Below, piece after piece: positions 58,028 to 64,000 of a stretch of DNA of 64,000 nt (positions within the stretch are counted from its first letter, which is position 1; each line of letters starts with the position of its first letter). Below the pieces are notes generated by a model that worked only from the letters and a program-made list of their open reading frames with translations, ran no database searches and had not been told where the DNA came from. Both the position numbers and the translations under genes were made by a program. Source of the stretch: Candidatus Limicola stercorigallinarum (GTDB lineage: Bacteria > Actinomycetota > Coriobacteriia > Coriobacteriales > Coriobacteriaceae); contig DVID01000001.1 in NCBI GenBank assembly GCA_018711625.1, positions 4,610 to 68,609 of the forward strand, written 5' to 3'.

Positions 58028-59509
58028 CTACTTGTGGTAGTAGCTGCTGCGCTCAAACTTGGGCTCGCAGCACACGTTGATGCCGAGTTTCTTCAGGAGC
58101 GCCTCGTCCGTGGCCGAGATGATCACCGAGAAGAACGCGTCGCAGCCGCGCAGCTTGGGCAGGCCCGCGAGCACGCGCGCCGCCACCTCGCTTGTAGCCG
58201 AGGTGATGGAGAGCGCAATGAGCGTCTCGTCCGGATGCAGGCGCGGGTTGCGGCTTCCCAGCTGCGAGGTCTTAAGGCGGCTGATGGGCTCGATGGCCTC
58301 GTTGCTGATAACCTCAAGCTCCAGGTCCACCCCGGTGACCGTCTTGAGCGCGTTCATGATGAGCGAGCTCGCAGCACCCAGGCGCGTCGAGGTCTTACCG
58401 GTGACCACCGTGCCGTCGGGCAGCACCATGGCACCCACGGGCGCCCCTGTGGTCTCCTCCTTGAGGAGCGCCGCCGAACGCGCCGGTGAGAAGTCCTTGG
58501 TGACGCCGGCCTTCTTCATGATCATCTTGAGCTTGTCTACGTGATCCTGCCCCATGCCGGTGCGCTTCACGTTCACGGCCGCCGTGAAATAGCGGCGCAC
58601 AATCTCCATGAGGGCGGCCTCACGGCACGCCTCGTCATCGGTGATGGCAAAGCCCACCATGTTCACGCCCATATCCGTAGGGCTTTGGTAGGGGCTCTCG
58701 CCAGAGATCTTCTCCATGAGTGCGCGCACCACGGGGAACGCCTCAACGTCGCGGTTGTAGTTCACCGTGGTCTTGTCGTAGGCCTCCAAGTGGAAGGGGT
58801 CAATGATATTGGAATCGTCCAGGTCGACCGTCGCCGCCTCGTAGGCGATGTTCACCGGGTGCTTGAGCGGCAGGTTCCACACCGGGAAGGTCTCGAACTT
58901 GGCGTAGCCGGCGGCCACGCCGCGGCGATGCTCGTGGTAGAGCTGCGAGAGGCAGGTAGCGAGCTTGCCCGAACCAGGGCCGGGTGCCGTCACCACCACA
59001 AGCGGGCGCGAGGTCTCCACATACTCGTTCTTGCCGTAGCCGTCCTCCGAGACGATGAGGTCGATATCGTGCGGATAGCCCTCGATGGGATAGTGCAGCT
59101 TGCACACAATGCCCAAATCTGCCAGACGGCGGCGGAACACATCGGCCGCAGGCTGGCCCGCATACTGGGTGATCACCACAGCCGCCACGGCAATGCCGTT
59201 TGTGCGGTAGATATCCGCAAGGCGGAGCACGTCCTCGTCGTAGGTGATGCCCAAATCGCCGCGGGCCTTGTTCTTCTCGATGTCGTTGGCGTTGATGGCG
59301 ATGATCACCTCGACGTCCGCCGCGAGGCTCTTGAGCATGCGGAACTTGCTATCGGGAGCAAAGCCGGGGAGCACGCGGCTCGCATGGTAGTCGTCAAAGA
59401 GCTTTCCGCCAAACTCCAGGTACAACTTGCCACCAAACTGCGCAATACGTTCCTTGATGCGCTCAGCTTGCAGCTCGATGTACGTATCGTTGTCGAATCC
59501 CTTACGCAT
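58028..59509 (-). CDS. DUF1846 domain-containing P-loop protein
   Basis: LYLEFGGKLFDDYHASRVLPGF, VVTAPGPGSGKLATCLSQLY, YAKFETFPVWNLPLKHPVN, QSPTDMGVNM. Confidence 0.9.
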   Translation of the reverse strand: MRKGFDNDTYIELQAERIKERIAQFGGKLYLEFGGKLFDDYHASRVLPGFAPDSKFRMLKSLAADVEVIIAINANDIEKNKARGDLGITYDEDVLRLADIYRTNGIAVAAVVITQYAGQPAADVFRRRLADLGIVCKLHYPIEGYPHDIDLIVSEDGYGKNEYVETSRPLVVVTAPGPGSGKLATCLSQLYHEHRRGVAAGYAKFETFPVWNLPLKHPVNIAYEAATVDLDDSNIIDPFHLEAYDKTTVNYNRDVEAFPVVRALMEKISGESPYQSPTDMGVNMVGFAITDDEACREAALMEIVRRYFTAAVNVKRTGMGQDHVDKLKMIMKKAGVTKDFSPARSAALLKEETTGAPVGAMVLPDGTVVTGKTSTRLGAASSLIMNALKTVTGVDLELEVISNEAIEPISRLKTSQLGSRNPRLHPDETLIALSITSATSEVAARVLAGLPKLRGCDAFFSVIISATDEALLKKLGINVCCEPKFERSSYYHK

Positions 59510-59616
59510 GGGGTAAAGCTCCTCTCAGGTAGCACTCGGTCGCGCGTCCTCAATAACCCGTCAAGTATAGCCGAGCATGCCGCCGCACGTTTGTGCAAGG
59601 CCTCAAAACATCACGA

Positions 59617-59645
59617 CCCCCTCCCGCGCACGGAACGGGAGGGGG
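59617..59645 (-). terminator. Hairpin terminator after the arc operon
   Basis: ccccctcccg / cgggaggggg stem. Confidence 0.6.
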
Positions 59646-59730
59646 CGAAAGGTAGGGTCTCACCAGGTACGAACGTTTAGTGCGCACCCGGCTAGACGAT
59701 AACGGGTGTGGGGACAGACCCCGCGTGCGG

Positions 59731-61305
59731 CTAGATCAGCATGAGCGCCGCGGTGCAGATGATGATAGACACCACCGAGAGCACCACCACGAGCTTCAAG
59801 GCGAACTTGAGCCAGGTGGTCCACTCAATACGCGCCAGCGCAAGGCCACCCATGATGGCTCCCGAGGTGGGCGTGAAGAGGTTCACCACGCCAATGGCGC
59901 TCGAGAAGATCATGACCATGACCTCGGGCGAGAAGCCGAGGGCAGAGGCGAGCGGACCCATGATGGGAATGGAAACCGTAGCCATGCCGGAGGTCGAGGG
60001 GATGAGGAAGGAGAGGCCGAAGTAGATGAGCCAAGCAAGCGGCGCAAAGAGGATGCCCGAGACACCAGCAAGCGCGTCGGCGGCGGCATTGAGCACGAAT
60101 ACGTCGAGGCCCGTGGACGCCATGAGCACCGAGATGCCACGCGAGAGGGCGATGATGAGAACGACGCTCATCATGTCGGCAGCACCGGTGATGAAGGTGT
60201 TCACAATCTGCTTCTCAGAGAGGCCACCCACGATACCGATGACAATGGCCATGACGAAGAACCACGTGGAAGCCTCATCGAAGTACCACTGACCAATGGG
60301 GAGACCCGTTACGAAGGCAGACCAGCCCTGCGAGGTCTGAACCTCGGAGGTTGCGACACCCTCAACGGAGCCCTCGACCACGGTGGTCGAGCCGTTGGCA
60401 TCGTCATAGGCGGCTACAAGGTCGTCGGTGGTGACGGGGGTCTCAACCGTTTCGTAGGAAGCACCCGCGTCGAAGAAGTTGGCAACATCGGCATTGAGGT
60501 CGGCAATGGGGATGAAGCCCAGAATCATGACAACAAAGGTGAAGGCGAAGACAATGAGGCAGCCCTTCTGGCGACCGGTGAGCTTGACTTCCTTGGCGGC
60601 CTCGGCAGCAGCTGCGCCGTGAGCCTCCTCGGCGTTCTTGAGCTCCTGCTGGGAAAGGAACGTCGAACCCTTGTCGGCCTTGACCTTCTTGGCATAGTTC
60701 ATCACGAAGATGATGGAGATGACCGTGGTCGCGAGCCAGAGCACCGCACCCAGGCCGATGATGATGGTCTGGTCAGCCTCGATGCCCACACCGCGCAGCG
60801 CATCAACTGCAGCGCCAACGGCAAACGGGTTGACCGTGGAGCCCAGGCAGCCGCAGCCAGCGCCCAAAAGGACGGTGGCGGCACCCACGAGGGGGTCAAA
60901 GCCCGCAGCCATCATGGTCGCGGTAAGCAGCGCGTAAAACGGTACGGTCTCCTCGCACATGCCATAGGTGGTGCCACCCAGCGAGAAGATGAGCATGAGA
61001 ACCGGAATGATCCAGATCTCTTTGCCCTTGAGTTTCTGAACAAGCACGGCAATGCCGTTGTCGAGGGCGCCCGTCTCGGTCATCATCCCCAGGAAACCAC
61101 CGAGGATCATAACGAAGAGACAAACAGGCAAGGCGTCGGCGAAGCCCTTCACCGGAGCGGTAAAGAAGTCGCTGAACGTTGCGGCCGTGACGTCAGGCGC
61201 AAACCCGGCGACGATTGCGGTGATGATGGCAACGATGCCAAGCAGGATAAGAAGAATGGTGAAAGAAGATAGCATCCCGCGCTTTTTCTTCTCAGCAGCA
61301 GCCAT
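59731..61305 (-). CDS. YfcC/DcuC family basic amino acid antiporter (arginine/ornithine, ArcD role)
   Basis: FSLGGTTYGMCEE, STVNPFAVG, FLIPSTSGMA, NLFTPTSG; located in the arc operon. Confidence 0.88.
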   Translation of the reverse strand: MAAAEKKKRGMLSSFTILLILLGIVAIITAIVAGFAPDVTAATFSDFFTAPVKGFADALPVCLFVMILGGFLGMMTETGALDNGIAVLVQKLKGKEIWIIPVLMLIFSLGGTTYGMCEETVPFYALLTATMMAAGFDPLVGAATVLLGAGCGCLGSTVNPFAVGAAVDALRGVGIEADQTIIIGLGAVLWLATTVISIIFVMNYAKKVKADKGSTFLSQQELKNAEEAHGAAAAEAAKEVKLTGRQKGCLIVFAFTFVVMILGFIPIADLNADVANFFDAGASYETVETPVTTDDLVAAYDDANGSTTVVEGSVEGVATSEVQTSQGWSAFVTGLPIGQWYFDEASTWFFVMAIVIGIVGGLSEKQIVNTFITGAADMMSVVLIIALSRGISVLMASTGLDVFVLNAAADALAGVSGILFAPLAWLIYFGLSFLIPSTSGMATVSIPIMGPLASALGFSPEVMVMIFSSAIGVVNLFTPTSGAIMGGLALARIEWTTWLKFALKLVVVLSVVSIIICTAALMLI

Positions 61306-61429
61306 GTTCTCATCCTCCTTTCTTGTTGGAGAGCTCTGCACTTCCCTGCCCCGCCGTGCCGTGCTCTCAAGACAGGGGGTGCATTAAGCGGGCCGTCGGT
61401 TGCGCCGACGGCCCGTGACAACCAATGGG

Positions 61430-62425
61430 TTACTTGAGCGTTGCGTACATGACGGCCTTGATGGTGTGCATGCGGTTCTCAGCCTCATCAAAGACCTTGG
61501 ACTGCGGGCCCTCGAAGACCTCGTCGGTGACCTCCATCTCGGTGACACCAAACTTCTTGGCGATGTCGGCGCCAATGGTGGTGTTGGTGTCGTGGAAGCT
61601 GGGCAGGCAGTGCAGGAAGATAGCCGAAGGATCGGCGAGGTTCATGAGCTCCTGGGTAACGCGATAGGGCTCGAGCTGGTTGATGCGCTCGGTCCAGACC
61701 TCGTCGGGCTCGCCCATGGACACCCACACGTCGGTGTAGATCACGTGGGCGCCGGTGCAGGCAGCCTTGGGATCGGTGGTGAGGGTGATGGTGCAGCCGT
61801 TAGCCTCGGCGATGGGGGTGCAGGCCTCGATGACGTCGGAGGCGGGCATGCACTCCTCGGGGCCGCAGGCAACAAAGTTCATACCGAGCTTGGCGCACAC
61901 AACCATGAGGGAGCGCGCGACGTTGTTCTTAGCGTCGCCCATGAACACCAGGGTCTTGCCCTTGATGTCGTAGTTGAAGTTCTCCTGGACGGTCAGGATG
62001 TCGGCGAGCATCTGGGTGGGATGCCAGAGGTCGGTAAGGCCGTTCCACACCGGCACGCCAGACTTAGCGGCCAGCTCCTCAACGTCCTCCTGGGCAAAAC
62101 CACGGAACTCGATGCCGTCATACATGCGGCCAAGCACGCGGGCGGTGTCCTCGATGGACTCCTTCTTGCCCATCTGCGAGCTGCCCGGATCGAGGTAGGT
62201 TACACCCATGCCCAGATCCATTGCGCCCACCTCAAAAGCGCAGCGGGTGCGCGTGGAGGTCTTCTGGAAGAGCAGAACGATGTTCTTGCCCTCAAGGTAA
62301 CGATGCGGGGTGCCCGTGCGCTTGAGGTCCTTGAAGTTCTTGGAGAGCTTGAGCATGTACTCGATCTCTTCCGTGGTGAAGTCGAGGAGCCTCAGGAAGC
62401 TACGGCCGGAGAGGTTAACACCCAT
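61430..62425 (-). CDS. arcB: Ornithine carbamoyltransferase (catabolic)
   Basis: FQKTSTRTRCAFE, NGLTDLWHPTQMLAD, YTDVWVSMGE, FLHCLPSFH, AENRMHTIKA. Confidence 0.97.
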   Translation of the reverse strand: MGVNLSGRSFLRLLDFTTEEIEYMLKLSKNFKDLKRTGTPHRYLEGKNIVLLFQKTSTRTRCAFEVGAMDLGMGVTYLDPGSSQMGKKESIEDTARVLGRMYDGIEFRGFAQEDVEELAAKSGVPVWNGLTDLWHPTQMLADILTVQENFNYDIKGKTLVFMGDAKNNVARSLMVVCAKLGMNFVACGPEECMPASDVIEACTPIAEANGCTITLTTDPKAACTGAHVIYTDVWVSMGEPDEVWTERINQLEPYRVTQELMNLADPSAIFLHCLPSFHDTNTTIGADIAKKFGVTEMEVTDEVFEGPQSKVFDEAENRMHTIKAVMYATLK

Positions 62426-62543
62426 CGTGGTTCCTTTCTATATAAATACATCCGTGCTATCGGGGCGTTGTGGATGCACGTGCATCCCGATACGAACGAG
62501 ACCGGCGCCCCGCCCCGGAGGCGCCGTCTCAAAAAATGTGATG

Positions 62544-63791
62544 TTACCAGACAACATCCTCGCGCCAGAACGGCATGCTCATGCAGCGCGGGCCGCCACG
62601 ACCACGGGACAGCTCTGCCGAAGGCACCACGAGCAACTCCATGCCCTCCTTGTAGAGCACGTCGTTGGTGACCGTGTTGCGCTGATAGACGCAGATCTTG
62701 CCCGGGGCGACGGCGAGGGTGTTGGAGCCGTCGTTCCACTGCTCACGCGCAGCCGCGATAGGATCGCCACCACCGCAGGGGATGAGCTTCACCGCATCGA
62801 TGCCCAGCGCCTTCGCAAGGATGTGCTCGAGGGTGTCGCTGATCTCGACAATGTCCACCTCGCCGGGGTTGGTGCCCGGAGTGAGCTTGTACACGTGCAG
62901 CGTGCCCATGATGGCGGGATGAATGGTGAACTTGTCACGGTCGATCTGGGTGAAGACCGTATCCAGGTGCATGAAGGCACGGGAGACCGGGATGTCGAAC
63001 GCCAGGATGGTGTCGATCTTCGAGTCGGAGTTCCAGAACATGTTCTGGGCCATGACGTCGATAGCGGCAGCCTGGGTACGCTGAGAGATGCCCACAGCGA
63101 TAGTGTGCTCGTTGATGTTGAGCACGTCGCCGCCCTCGGTGTGGAAGGAGGAATCGCGGCGGAAGTACAGCGAGGTGTCCTTGTAATCAGGATGATACTT
63201 AAAGATGTACTTGCCGTAGATGGTCTCGCGGTTACGGGTGACCGAGTACATACGGTTGAGGTTGACGCCATTGCCAACCACGGCGAACGGGTCGCGCGTG
63301 AAGTACAGGTTGGGCATGGGGTCAACGAGCAGGTCGGACTCGCTCTCGGTGTTCACGAGGGAGTCGAGCGTCACCGAGCTGGTGAGCGGAAGCTCAACCT
63401 CGGCCTTGGTGATGCCGGCCATGGTCTTCTTCACAAACTCAAGGTTGTCCGGAATGGCCTCAAGAAGCTCACGGACGGCGGCAGGGGCGATGCGGCCCTT
63501 CATGCCAGCCTCAGCGAGCCACTGGTCGAGGAACTCGGCGCGCGCCTCGGGCACGGCGTCGAACGCCTCGGCCACAAGCTGCTCAAGGTAAAGCACCTCG
63601 ACACCCTGGTCACGCAGGATCTGCGCAAAGGTGTCATGCTCCTGCTGAGCAACCTCGAGGAACGGAACGTCATCAAACAAGAGGCGCTCGAGCTCATCGG
63701 GCGGAAGGTTGAGCAACTCATCGCCCGGCCTGTGCAAGCACACCTTTTTGAGGGTTCCGATCTCGCTTGTTACATGCAAGCCCTTGGTCAT
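62544..63791 (-). CDS. arcA: Arginine deiminase
   Basis: SEIGTLKKVCLHRPG, LLFDD, PMPNLYFTRD, TEGGD, FMHLDTVFT, ELSRGRGGPRCMSMP. Confidence 0.97.
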   Translation of the reverse strand: MTKGLHVTSEIGTLKKVCLHRPGDELLNLPPDELERLLFDDVPFLEVAQQEHDTFAQILRDQGVEVLYLEQLVAEAFDAVPEARAEFLDQWLAEAGMKGRIAPAAVRELLEAIPDNLEFVKKTMAGITKAEVELPLTSSVTLDSLVNTESESDLLVDPMPNLYFTRDPFAVVGNGVNLNRMYSVTRNRETIYGKYIFKYHPDYKDTSLYFRRDSSFHTEGGDVLNINEHTIAVGISQRTQAAAIDVMAQNMFWNSDSKIDTILAFDIPVSRAFMHLDTVFTQIDRDKFTIHPAIMGTLHVYKLTPGTNPGEVDIVEISDTLEHILAKALGIDAVKLIPCGGGDPIAAAREQWNDGSNTLAVAPGKICVYQRNTVTNDVLYKEGMELLVVPSAELSRGRGGPRCMSMPFWREDVVW

Positions 63792-64000
63792 CGTCCTCCT
63801 ACCTTTCTTACGGGGCCGCAAGCGGCCCATGGTTTCACGTCCTCCGTGTGGACGTTGTGTACCGACATCCATAGATATATCCATTTTTGCCCCTTGCGTC
63901 ACCGTCATCCGCCAACGGTATAAAAGCGCGGGGGAACGGTATATCTCGAAACAATTGCCATGGTGTACTCCTATTTGATAAAGCATTTTTACGTGCGGAA

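Overview
High-GC (~60-65%) chromosomal window, most likely from a gut Coriobacteriia actinobacterium (inferred from the ftsA-less dcw cluster, ylm-type genes after ftsZ and the overall gene repertoire). Left to right: a rubredoxin/ferredoxin gene pair; a purine permease-ridA-selD-DUF3343-cysteine desulfurase-yedF-modCBA-mogA-moeA block (selenium and molybdenum cofactor supply); a CLC channel with fluoride-antiporter signatures; assorted housekeeping genes (DAGK-like kinase, xpt, mscL, degV/marR, metY, yigZ, pit/DUF47); RNase P RNA; a pspA module; the divIVA-yggT-sepF-yggS-phoU-pgeF-ftsZ-ftsQ-mur-ftsW-ftsI-ftsL-rsmH-mraZ division cluster; xerD with a duplicated 3' end; pyrG; an accessory island (~51.4-57.9 kb); DUF1846; and an arginine deiminase operon (arcA-arcB-yfcC) with no arcC in view. 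The best leads are in the island. An HTH/LuxR regulator is frameshifted exactly in a G8 tract (candidate phase-variable switch) and lies directly upstream of a compositionally mosaic SLH surface-protein gene, whose low-GC passenger sits between a high-GC signal peptide and a high-GC SLH anchor. Decayed toxin-antitoxin remnants flank the pair. All calls come from reading motifs by eye; no database searches were run.
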